From contig JAHQXB010000117.1 of assembly GCA_029856435.1 (NCBI GenBank), positions 1 to 39,084 on the forward strand: DNA of 39,084 nt, read 5' to 3'. The notes beneath the pieces were generated by a model. That model worked only from the letters and a program-made list of their open reading frames with translations, had not been told where the DNA came from and made no database searches. A program made the translations under genes and the position numbers. Source of the stretch: Candidatus Jordarchaeia archaeon (lineage in GTDB: Archaea; Asgardarchaeota; Jordiarchaeia; Jordiarchaeales; Jordiarchaeaceae). Below, piece by piece: positions 19,524 through 28,006 of this stretch (the stretch's first letter is position 1; each line of letters opens with the position of its first letter).

Positions 19524-19684
19524 CCGGCTGTAGTTCAGCGTAATTCTATTGAAACACCGCTATTTTAGGACTGTTAGCATAGGTGAATCCGAAGATGTTC
19601 TCCAACAACTTCACAAAAAAGTTAAACCCGAAGGGAATCAAAAAATGTGTTGTTTGTTATTCACGCTCAATTAAGCTTAGCGCA

Positions 19685-19708
19685 AAATTTAATAAATTAG
19701 TTAAATTT
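19685..19708. promoter_or_regulatory. Inverted repeat AAATTTAA-N8-TTAAATTT, candidate operator
   Basis: Perfect 8-bp arms about 70 bp upstream of the 19778 gene; AT-rich context lowers significance. Confidence 0.3.
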
Positions 19709-19777
19709 GTTAAAACAAAACTTCCAATAAGTGTTGGAATAACTTGCACCACACCAGAATTTTAAAAAGGTGTTAAT

Positions 19778-20857
19778 ATGATAAGGACAAAAATTTGTGA
19801 TATGCTAGAAATTGAGTATCCAATCATACAGGCCGCAATGGGACCCTTTGACACTAAGGAGCTTGCGGCGGCGGTGGCCTCGGCTGGAGGTTTCGGAATG
19901 GTGAGCCACCCTGCTCCCGCGCCAGAGTATGGTATTCTAGCGATAATAGCGGATGAGGAGACTAGAATTAAGGCCTTTAATGATGTTAAAAATAGAATGA
20001 TGGGCGCTGTGAGAGAAGTGGGTAGAAAGGCCAAAGGTAGCTTTGGGGTCAACTTCCGAGTGGCACCTGAACAACCCGATGTACCAATGTTGCTGGATGC
20101 TCTAATTGAGGAACGTGAAAAGGATCCCAACCTTCAGAAAAAGCTGAAAATGGTTTTGTGTTCTGCTGGGGATCCTATGCAACCGCACCTTAAAAAAATT
20201 CAGGAAGCGGGAATGCTCAGGTTCCAAACGGTACCTAGCGTATATCATGCTAAAAAGGCGGAAAAATCAGGGGTGGATGGGCTCATAGTGACTGGCTATG
20301 AGGCTGGGGGACATGTGGCCTATGAACCCGTTCACACATTTGTGGTGGTACCCGAAGTAGTACAACAGGTAAAGGTGCCAGTTGTGGGTGGGGGTGGAGT
20401 GTGCGATGGAAAAGGCCTTGTAGCCATGTTAGCATTCGGGGCTCAGGGAATCTATATGGGTACAAGATTTATTGTGACTAAGGAATGTGAGTTTAACGAT
20501 AAGGTCAAACAGGCCATAATAGATTCTTCAAACAAGTATCCCAAAGAGGCCACAACCATAGTTACACAAGGTGTTTACGGTCCACTGCGACACTTAAAGA
20601 ACAAATATTCTTTGAGGCTCTATGAACTGACTCAGATGTTGAAGAATGAGGAGATTACTATGCAGGATGTTTGGGCCTTTGAATCTGAAGGCACATATAG
20701 GGCTAAGGGTCCGGAGGGGAACATTGAGGATGGAGCCATATGGGCGGGTCAGGTCTCTCTCAGAATACATAAACTCATGACATGCAAAGAAGTCATTGAT
20801 AGCATAATGCAAGAAGCAGAAGCAATTTTGAAAGATCTGGCCAAGAAGTACACTTAG
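19778..20857 (+). CDS. Nitronate monooxygenase / FabK-like FMN oxidoreductase
   Basis: IEYPIIQAAMG, FGVN, GYEAGGH, VGGGGVCDG, MGTRF, WAGQ. Confidence 0.92.
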   Translation: MIRTKICDMLEIEYPIIQAAMGPFDTKELAAAVASAGGFGMVSHPAPAPEYGILAIIADEETRIKAFNDVKNRMMGAVREVGRKAKGSFGVNFRVAPEQPDVPMLLDALIEEREKDPNLQKKLKMVLCSAGDPMQPHLKKIQEAGMLRFQTVPSVYHAKKAEKSGVDGLIVTGYEAGGHVAYEPVHTFVVVPEVVQQVKVPVVGGGGVCDGKGLVAMLAFGAQGIYMGTRFIVTKECEFNDKVKQAIIDSSNKYPKEATTIVTQGVYGPLRHLKNKYSLRLYELTQMLKNEEITMQDVWAFESEGTYRAKGPEGNIEDGAIWAGQVSLRIHKLMTCKEVIDSIMQEAEAILKDLAKKYT

Positions 20858-21456
20858 AATTGCCCAATTTTTACTCTTTTTCTATTAGGTTCCTCTTTTT
20901 GTATGTATTCTAGGTGGGGTAATGCCTTTAGCCTTATGGGTTCCAAGTCTGGGATTCCATCGTAGCCAAAGGCTATTGTGAAGTTTTCTATTTTTGGAGG
21001 CTTCTTTTGAGAGTACGAGAAGCTCTGATGTTGACGACCTTCAAGTATGGTGTCCTCAGTGCATATTAGTAAGGCTACGGTTCCCAGTCCATTTGTACTG
21101 TTGCGGCTTTGCTGGTGCAGGAGCAGCCCGTTTCTAATATTGATAGTTGCTCGAACGTATCCTTCTTCTGGTGGGTAGTTCCAGATGACTGCCACCATTC
21201 TTCCTTCTGCAAAGTCTTCAGGATAGAGTAAAAATTTGTGATTGCCACAATTACATTTTATTCTGGCGGATTTTAGCCAAAAATCTATACCATCACTGAA
21301 GCTATAATAAAAATCATACTTTGAGTAGGGGGGACATAGGGGAATCTTTAAGGGAGGGACATACTTGTCACCGCCGAAGCTAACGTGTGGGCTGGGCTTC
21401 ATATGTGTCAGCCACCCATACTCTAACCGCTTTCCCAATAATTCGTACAATTCCAA
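20854..21456 (-). CDS. Hypothetical protein (weak GNAT-like motif)
   Basis: 200-aa ORF, TTG start, convergent 4-bp overlap with the upstream gene; NGLGTVALL loosely resembles GNAT motif A. Confidence 0.55.
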   Translation of the reverse strand: MELYELLGKRLEYGWLTHMKPSPHVSFGGDKYVPPLKIPLCPPYSKYDFYYSFSDGIDFWLKSARIKCNCGNHKFLLYPEDFAEGRMVAVIWNYPPEEGYVRATINIRNGLLLHQQSRNSTNGLGTVALLICTEDTILEGRQHQSFSYSQKKPPKIENFTIAFGYDGIPDLEPIRLKALPHLEYIQKEEPNRKRVKIGQF

Positions 21457-21524
21457 TTTGAACCATCCCTAATATTCCTACTATAAATCGATATCTGAAG
21501 GCTCACAAAGACTTAATGAAGCCC

Positions 21525-21541
21525 GGAATTTGCCAAATTCC
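21525..21541. promoter_or_regulatory. Perfect inverted repeat GGAATTTG-C-CAAATTCC, candidate operator
   Basis: 8-bp arms with a 1-nt spacer, about 70 bp upstream of the 20854-21456 ORF. Confidence 0.3.
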
Positions 21542-21990
21542 CGTTGTGGGGAAAACCTTTTTATTTGGAAGCTGTGAAACCACATCTGTTGCTGCATGTG
21601 ATAAACCAAGGGTATATTAGTAGTTTTAATCGCTAAACCTCACTTGGATAGATAATTAATATTTCTAGCTATTAAAGTTTTACTATAAATGCAAAATTTT
21701 TGGATTTATATTATAAATTTTGCAATAAAATTAGGGAATATATAAAGAAGTTTTATTGAATTTTGAAATCAAAAGATTCGGAAAACTTTTGCCATTAAGC
21801 ACGTCGAGTTTATAATATCTTAAATTTTTTGCATTTTTTTTCTGCTATCCCTTTCTTTCCTGAGTGAGAAGTGACTTTCTTTTATAATAATGACAGAATG
21901 AGAAATTAACCTAATTTGAAGTTGCTAAAAGGTTTTGAGACATAAATAAAGATTGACTGCGAAATTTCGTTTTCCTTATGGAATATTTTT

Positions 21991-22335
21991 TTACTTTTGT
22001 GCGCATAGTTTTTGAATTTTTTCTAAAAGTTTATTTCCCGTTTCTGTTAGGTGTTTGGGGTCTTCTAGGTCGATTTTTGGTTCTCCTTGGAGCTCTACTA
22101 CGACTCCCTTTTTTGAGTCTTTTAGTTTAACAATGTAGTCTGCTCCAAGGGATGTGATTGTTTTACCTGTGCTAAGATTGAAAACTGCAGAGTCCGGGCC
22201 TTTCTCTATATTTTTTATGTTTGCGTTGATTTCTTGGGCGGCTTTTTGTATTACTTTTCTCTCCAACATGTTTTTAGTGGTCCAGTTTGGTATCATTATT
22301 TTATCCAGAATTTCCATTTTGGCGTTCACCCGCAA
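21991..22335 (-). CDS. Hypothetical protein
   Basis: 114-aa ORF with plausible alpha/beta composition; start uncertain (ATG at 22317 is possible). Confidence 0.55.
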   Translation of the reverse strand: MRVNAKMEILDKIMIPNWTTKNMLERKVIQKAAQEINANIKNIEKGPDSAVFNLSTGKTITSLGADYIVKLKDSKKGVVVELQGEPKIDLEDPKHLTETGNKLLEKIQKLCAQK

Positions 22336-22445
22336 GATTGGGGTCGACTAAACTCATAAAGTATTGTATTATAGACATATATTGGGGATGTGGTACCCGG
22401 CCTGTTTTTGGGAATTTCTAGTTGTCTTAGAGGTAAGCTGATTTT

Positions 22446-22871
22446 TTATTTTCTGATTATGTTTAGCGGGATGCCTAATTCTTGGGCGAGGTTTTTCATT
22501 GCTTCAAGGTATTCAAAGCGTAGGTTCCATTTGTGTTTTTTTCCCTCATAGGTTTCAATTATCATGAGGTAGCCGTAAATGGTTATTCTGCGCCAGTAGG
22601 TGTTAATTGTTATTTCTTTAATCTCGTATAGTGGGATTTGATAGCTACCCTTAATGTTTTCGACCACTTTACTCACGTGTTTCCAGTCGATGTATCGGGA
22701 GTGGGGGTTGATTTCTGGTGGTGGATTTTTTAGTATTTCGAGCCCCCGGAATAATATTATTCTGTGGTTTGTGAACACAAAAAGGTAGTTTACCTGCGGA
22801 AATCTGGGCCTCCTCGGGACTGCAATAAATATTCCATAAATTTTTTCAGGATAAGTGAATAATTCATCCAA
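22446..22871 (-). CDS. Hypothetical protein, possible PH-like fold
   Basis: FVFTNHRIILF ... IPLYEIKEITI pattern is typical of bacterial/archaeal PH-like domains. Confidence 0.6.
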   Translation of the reverse strand: MDELFTYPEKIYGIFIAVPRRPRFPQVNYLFVFTNHRIILFRGLEILKNPPPEINPHSRYIDWKHVSKVVENIKGSYQIPLYEIKEITINTYWRRITIYGYLMIIETYEGKKHKWNLRFEYLEAMKNLAQELGIPLNIIRK

Positions 22872-23014
22872 TTAAATTCCCACAGTAAGAAGGAGGAAAC
22901 GAAAATTTATAAATCTAGAGGAGCCCAATAAGTTTACATCGTTTAAATCATTTTTGGCATACTAGAAAGGAGCGAAAATCTAAGAAAACCTGAGAACGCA
23001 CTGGGGAAGTATAG

Positions 23015-23290
23015 ATGATAAAAGTAAAATTTCTAACCATGCTCCGGGAAATAGTGGGCGAAGCGGTGATAGAAACAGAGAAGAAGGAGAACATTGCTTT
23101 GCTCACTCAGCATCTCTGCCAGAAGTATGGGAAAAAGTTCAGAGAAGCCGTTTTAGACGAGAAGGGAGAAATAAGAAATTATGTAAGGTTCTTAATAAAT
23201 GGAAAAGAAGCCCTTAGCCCAAAAACCAAAATAAACGATGGGGACACTATTGTAATGTTCCTCCCAGTAGCAGGAGGCAGCAATGGTTGA
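23015..23290 (+). CDS. MoaD/ThiS-family ubiquitin-like sulfur carrier (SAMP-like) with C-terminal extension
   Basis: MIKVKFLTMLRE, LINGK, DGDTIVMFLPVAGG followed by SNG before the stop. Confidence 0.9.
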   Translation: MIKVKFLTMLREIVGEAVIETEKKENIALLTQHLCQKYGKKFREAVLDEKGEIRNYVRFLINGKEALSPKTKINDGDTIVMFLPVAGGSNG

Positions 23291-24204
23291 GCGAGCTCAG
23301 AATAGGATACCTGCCAACATTGTACCACACCTCCTACATTCTAAAAAGTGGAAGATGGTTAGAGAAAAGTTCAGGGCTCAAGGTTAACTGGGAACTCTAC
23401 CCCACCGGACCCGCAATGACCAAAGCTTTCAGGGAGGAGAAAATAGACATAGGCTACATTGGTTTACCTCCAGCAATGATAGCTATGGATAAGGATACCC
23501 CCATTATATGTGTGGGGGGAGGACATGTTGAAGGCACTGTTATGTTAGCCCCTAAACACTACAAGTCCCTAGAAGAACTGGGGAATGTGAAAAAAGTTCT
23601 AAACCAGTTCTCTGGGAAGAAAATAGGAACACCCTCCCAAGGCTCAATACACGACGTAATCATCCGTAACCTGCTTGAGGAACAGGGAGTAGAAGGTGTA
23701 ACAGTGAAAAATTATGAGTGGGCAGAATTTCTTCCCGAAGCTCTGGAAAATGGGGAAATAGACGCTGCAGTTGGAACCCCCTCACTAATTATTGCTACCT
23801 CGCGGCAACTTGAAGTTCACTTAGTTCTACCTCCAAATAAGCTCTGGCCCCATAACCCCAGCTACGGCATAGTGATAAGAAAAGAGTTGGAGAAAAAAGC
23901 TCAAATAATTCTGGAATTTTTAAACATGCATAAGAAGGCGTGTACGCTCATAAGGGAAAATCCCAGCAAGGCAGCGAAACTGGTTTCCAAGGAAATAATA
24001 GGATTAAATCCTGAATTTGTAAAAGCCACCTACACCATTTCACCGAAGTACTGCGCCGCACTATCCCCCGAATATATTACATCGACTCTGGCCTTTGTAC
24101 CTATTCTCAAAAAGTTAGGTTACATAAAAAAGACATTAAGTGAAAAGGAGGTCTTTGAAACAAGTTACATACAAAAGGTTCACCCCGAGCCCCCACATTA
24201 TTAA
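23287..24204 (+). CDS. NMT1/THI5/SsuA-like substrate-binding-fold protein without signal peptide
   Basis: LRIGYLP, TGPAM..AF..EKIDIGYIGLPP, GKKIGTPSQGSIHD; no hydrophobic N-terminus; TTGA overlap with the upstream stop. Confidence 0.85.
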   Translation: MSELRIGYLPTLYHTSYILKSGRWLEKSSGLKVNWELYPTGPAMTKAFREEKIDIGYIGLPPAMIAMDKDTPIICVGGGHVEGTVMLAPKHYKSLEELGNVKKVLNQFSGKKIGTPSQGSIHDVIIRNLLEEQGVEGVTVKNYEWAEFLPEALENGEIDAAVGTPSLIIATSRQLEVHLVLPPNKLWPHNPSYGIVIRKELEKKAQIILEFLNMHKKACTLIRENPSKAAKLVSKEIIGLNPEFVKATYTISPKYCAALSPEYITSTLAFVPILKKLGYIKKTLSEKEVFETSYIQKVHPEPPHY

Positions 24205-24430
24205 CCACAAGAAAATGGATCATCTTTCAAAAATGGTTTAGGCCTGCTTTTTCACTGCTTTTCCCAAATCTTCTAGACCCTCAAGCCTTGAATCCCCTTG
24301 GCTTTCTTTTTCTTCGTTTCAATTTTAGAGTAGTAACCAATGTTTCTTCTTTAAATGGAAGTTTTTACCTTCAAACCACGGAAATTGAATGATTAAAATT
24401 TGTGGAAATAGGGGAAATATGGTTTGAGGT

Positions 24431-25987
24431 TTAGAATCTTTCTTCTTCCCTACTCCATGAAGGATACCAGCGGTAGAAATCTAGGGGTTTTGCCTTGTTA
24501 AGCCCCTCATAGGTGGCCTTCGCCAATCTGATGACACCGTGCCTATCCCGCCAAAGATCAACCAGCCCCTTCTCTTCCAAGGAGAGGAGAGTTTCGTCTA
24601 ACTGTTCCTCGCTCAAACCGGTATCGTCCATTAATTCTTCGCGTTTCATGTGAAGTCCAGGATTTACAAAGTAGTCTTCACCCAAAACCTCAAGAACCAA
24701 TTTCTCCATAGCTTCAGGAGTAGTGACTTGACTCTTAACTTTTCTATCGGGAGATTCGAAGTATGGAATAGGGATTCTCAGCTCTTTGTGAATACGTCTC
24801 CTAGGTTGTGGTATCTCGGCGGAGAATAGTCTCCGGTATATGTAGACTATGAGACGCCTCAGAACCTCGTTTGTGCCTCCTCCTACTTCGTTTATTTTGG
24901 TATCTCTCAAAAGTTGCTCCACTGTATAGTACTTGGTGAAGCTGTCTCCCCCACAAACCTGTAGGGCGTCTATGGCGCACTCTCTTGCCAGTTCTGTAGC
25001 CATAATTTTTGCTGCGTTCGCCTCTATTATGGGGTTGTTGCCCAAGTCCTCTTGGTATGCAGTATAATAGCAGAGTAGCCTTGTGGATTTGAGCCTTATA
25101 ATTATGTCTGCAATTTTGTACTGGTTACTCTCAAAGTCAATTGTTCTTTGACCAAACTGCACTCTTCTCTCAGTAAAGTACAAAGCGTTTCTAAGGGCTT
25201 CTCTCATTGCGGAAACCATGCACACTGCGATCATCAGCCTCTCAAAATTGAGACCAGAGGTCATAACGTTCCAACCGCCACCTACTCCTCCAACTATGTT
25301 TTCCTCTGGAACGCGCACGTTGTTAAAGTTAAGAGTACCGTTACGCACCGCGTCAAAAACCGCTAATTCATTTATTCTTTCCACGCTAAACCCCGGGGTT
25401 CCTCGTTCCACAACAAAAGCTGTTAAATGTCTTCTGCCCTGAATATCTTTTGGGTCGTTGCTGGTTTTTGCGTAAACAAAGTATAGGTTTGCAACTCCAG
25501 TATTTGTTATAAATCTCTTTTTGCCGTTAATCACCCATTCATCCCCATCCTTCACTGCGGCAGTTTTTATTCCTGCAGCGTCGCTTCCCACAAAGGGTTC
25601 TGTGAGGCCCAGTGCGCCTATTACTTCGCCTCGAGCTACCCTAGTTAGCCAGCGTTCCTTCTGCTCAGGTGTACCAAATGTTGATAGCTGTTTTACCCCT
25701 CCGAACTGAGTGGAGAAAAACAAGCCTCCCAGCATTCCCACGCTGGTTAGTCCCTCAGTTATGATCGCACTGGAAGTCACTCCACCGTTTTTTCCCATTC
25801 CTCCATACTCTTCGGGTACTAGTACCCCAAACCATCCCTTTTCTCCAACCATTTTAACCAGATCCGCGGGATGTTCTCTTTTCCAGACCGCCTCCAGAGC
25901 TCTGGGAGCAATCTGAAGGGCAAAAGCTTCAACCTCATCAGACAATTTTTTCTGATACTCAGTCCACCAAGGATACTTCTCCAACAA
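24431..25987 (-). CDS. Acyl-CoA dehydrogenase (IVD/LCAD-type catalytic Glu) with C-terminal winged-helix-like extension
   Basis: LTEPFVGSDA, INGKKRFITN, LNFERL, RVQFG, GGDSF, EVGGGTNEV. Start taken at TTG 25987 behind GGAGGTG (the ORF track starts at 25999). Confidence 0.92.
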   Translation of the reverse strand: MLEKYPWWTEYQKKLSDEVEAFALQIAPRALEAVWKREHPADLVKMVGEKGWFGVLVPEEYGGMGKNGGVTSSAIITEGLTSVGMLGGLFFSTQFGGVKQLSTFGTPEQKERWLTRVARGEVIGALGLTEPFVGSDAAGIKTAAVKDGDEWVINGKKRFITNTGVANLYFVYAKTSNDPKDIQGRRHLTAFVVERGTPGFSVERINELAVFDAVRNGTLNFNNVRVPEENIVGGVGGGWNVMTSGLNFERLMIAVCMVSAMREALRNALYFTERRVQFGQRTIDFESNQYKIADIIIRLKSTRLLCYYTAYQEDLGNNPIIEANAAKIMATELARECAIDALQVCGGDSFTKYYTVEQLLRDTKINEVGGGTNEVLRRLIVYIYRRLFSAEIPQPRRRIHKELRIPIPYFESPDRKVKSQVTTPEAMEKLVLEVLGEDYFVNPGLHMKREELMDDTGLSEEQLDETLLSLEEKGLVDLWRDRHGVIRLAKATYEGLNKAKPLDFYRWYPSWSREEERF

Positions 25988-26203
25988 ACACACCTCCAAA
26001 CAAATCCTTTTCCCATAGCACTTTTAAACCATCACATCGATTAAACAAGCCGCAAAAACCATACTCAAGGTAAAAAAAGGGTCTGCATCTCCAAACCATA
26101 ACATTACTTGGATTAATTTTTTGATGAGATATTCCCCAAATGTCAAAACTTATTGAATTGTTAAATGTAATTGGAAGCAATAAAAGTGGGGAGGTGTTAA
26201 TTT

Positions 26204-27637
26204 TTAATACCGTTTTACTAGCCTAGATGTCTTGTGTGGTGCTGTCAGGGCAGCCTTCATCTCTTCTTGACTCATAAATTCGATTTCCACGTCAAGCCCC
26301 AGTTTTTGTTTTATTTTCTTCTCAGCGCCTTCCTTCAACTTTTGGGGATCTTTTGTCTTATCTGGGAAATAGGTCACTCTTATAATCAACTTGTCCTGAG
26401 AGCCCTCAGCGGTCTTAACGAATTGCGAGGCGATGGCGTTAACTCCTATTTCTGGATACTCGAATAGCTCTGTTTCAACTTCGCTGGGAAACACCTTCCT
26501 ACCCCTAACATCTACAGCAAAAGCCTCCCTCCCATACCAGTGGAGACGGGTGTGGGTGCGACCACAGTCACACTCATCTTGAATCAGTGAAACGTAGTCT
26601 TCATTATTCCATCTCAGATGCGGCATAGCTTCCATAACCAGTGGAGTGATTACCAGTATACCCCGCTCGCCCGGTGCTACCTGCTCTCCGGTTTCAGGGT
26701 CCACAGCTTCCACGTAGTGGAAGTCATCACAGATGTGAGTGATGTTGGGAGGTTGCTTAGAACAGTTGCACCCAGTTATCCAAGTGTCAGCCATCTGAAA
26801 ACCGGAATGTACGCGCTCAAAACCCCAGTATTCCTTAACGAATTCTGCGGCTGCGGCTGTCAAAACGTCACCTGAGGTAGATAGTAGTTTTACATGCTTC
26901 ATGGCTTCTTTGGGATCCTTGTTTATTGATTGCAGCCAATCTCCAAAAATCCACAGAGTTACCAGTGGCCAATGGATACTTATGGGTTTCAGGAATTGAA
27001 GTGCCTGCAAACACCTTTCCAGTTCGAATCCCGGTCCCAAAGCCTCCATGGGCGCTACAATTAGACCCAACCTTGAGACTCCCATCTCAACCCCTGTGAT
27101 TCCTCCATGCCAGTGGAAACCGAAGTCTATGAAAACAGATCCGGGCGGCGCGTCTTGCATCTCCATGACTCCTAATCTGCAGATTTCTTCCAAGCACCAA
27201 TTTCTATCCCACTCTGTGTGGACGTTGAATGTTCTCAGTCCCGTGGTTCCCGTGGAGGAATACACGTTTAGTATCTTGGATGGTAGAAAGGGCACCGCTA
27301 AACATCCCCCGAAGGGGTCGCCGGTTTTCTTCATTTGCTCTCGAATATCATCCTTTAGCACAGGTGGAATTTTTTGGAAGTCTTTTAAGTTTTTAATGTC
27401 CTCTGGCTTAATCCCTACTTCTTTTAGTCTTTTGTGATAGAAGGGGGTGAGTTCGTAGGCTCTTTTTATTTGTAGTTTTAACAGTTTCCACTGCAGCTCC
27501 TCAATTTTGGCTCGAGGCATTCTCTCAACTGGTTCGTTATAATACTTGGCTCCACTCAAATGTGGGGAACCCTTAATGTGGCCCGTGACTAGGGCCTTAA
27601 TCTCTTCCATTAGTTCTGACAAAAAGTCTCCCTCCAA
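26204..27637 (-). CDS. Phenylacetate-CoA ligase (PaaK)-like acyl-CoA synthetase
   Basis: TPFYHKRL, SSTGTTG, GILVITPL..EAMPHLRWNNED, CDCGRTH, GR...VRGRKVFPSEVE. The true start may be a few codons downstream. Confidence 0.88.
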   Translation of the reverse strand: MEGDFLSELMEEIKALVTGHIKGSPHLSGAKYYNEPVERMPRAKIEELQWKLLKLQIKRAYELTPFYHKRLKEVGIKPEDIKNLKDFQKIPPVLKDDIREQMKKTGDPFGGCLAVPFLPSKILNVYSSTGTTGLRTFNVHTEWDRNWCLEEICRLGVMEMQDAPPGSVFIDFGFHWHGGITGVEMGVSRLGLIVAPMEALGPGFELERCLQALQFLKPISIHWPLVTLWIFGDWLQSINKDPKEAMKHVKLLSTSGDVLTAAAAEFVKEYWGFERVHSGFQMADTWITGCNCSKQPPNITHICDDFHYVEAVDPETGEQVAPGERGILVITPLVMEAMPHLRWNNEDYVSLIQDECDCGRTHTRLHWYGREAFAVDVRGRKVFPSEVETELFEYPEIGVNAIASQFVKTAEGSQDKLIIRVTYFPDKTKDPQKLKEGAEKKIKQKLGLDVEIEFMSQEEMKAALTAPHKTSRLVKRY

Positions 27638-28006
27638 AAATTATATTTTCACCAATATTCAAATTATCAATTTAAAATGTTCAATTAGGACTTATTAAGT
27701 GGAGAAACAACTTTTAATCTTTACTCTCATCTTCTGTGTTCTCTAGTTTGTTCCTTCTAGCTTTTCTAGTGGATTGAGAGAAATTAGGATTTCCCTCATT
27801 TTTTGGAACTTCCCCTAATATGACCAGTGGAAATATGTGGGAATTGGTAACGAAAAATAGGGAATGTTTGGAAGTTTCAAGGGGGGATAAAATCCTGCTT
27901 TTCTGAGATTTAGGTGTCGAAAGAAATAATAAGAGGCCCCCTCTCCCTAGTGTATCATTGTGTTCATAACTGTAAAACGAGGTTATAGAGAAGAGGTGGA
28001 GTAGAA

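Larger units (their letters stand above)
19081..19580 (-). mobile_element. Non-autonomous internally deleted IS607-type element (500 bp)
   Basis: 19580-19430 aligns with 38941-39084 (left end + tnpA start); 19333-19081 aligns with 148-403 (tnpB tail/right end); junction GGGTACG|ATGGAG at 19334/19333. Confidence 0.88.
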
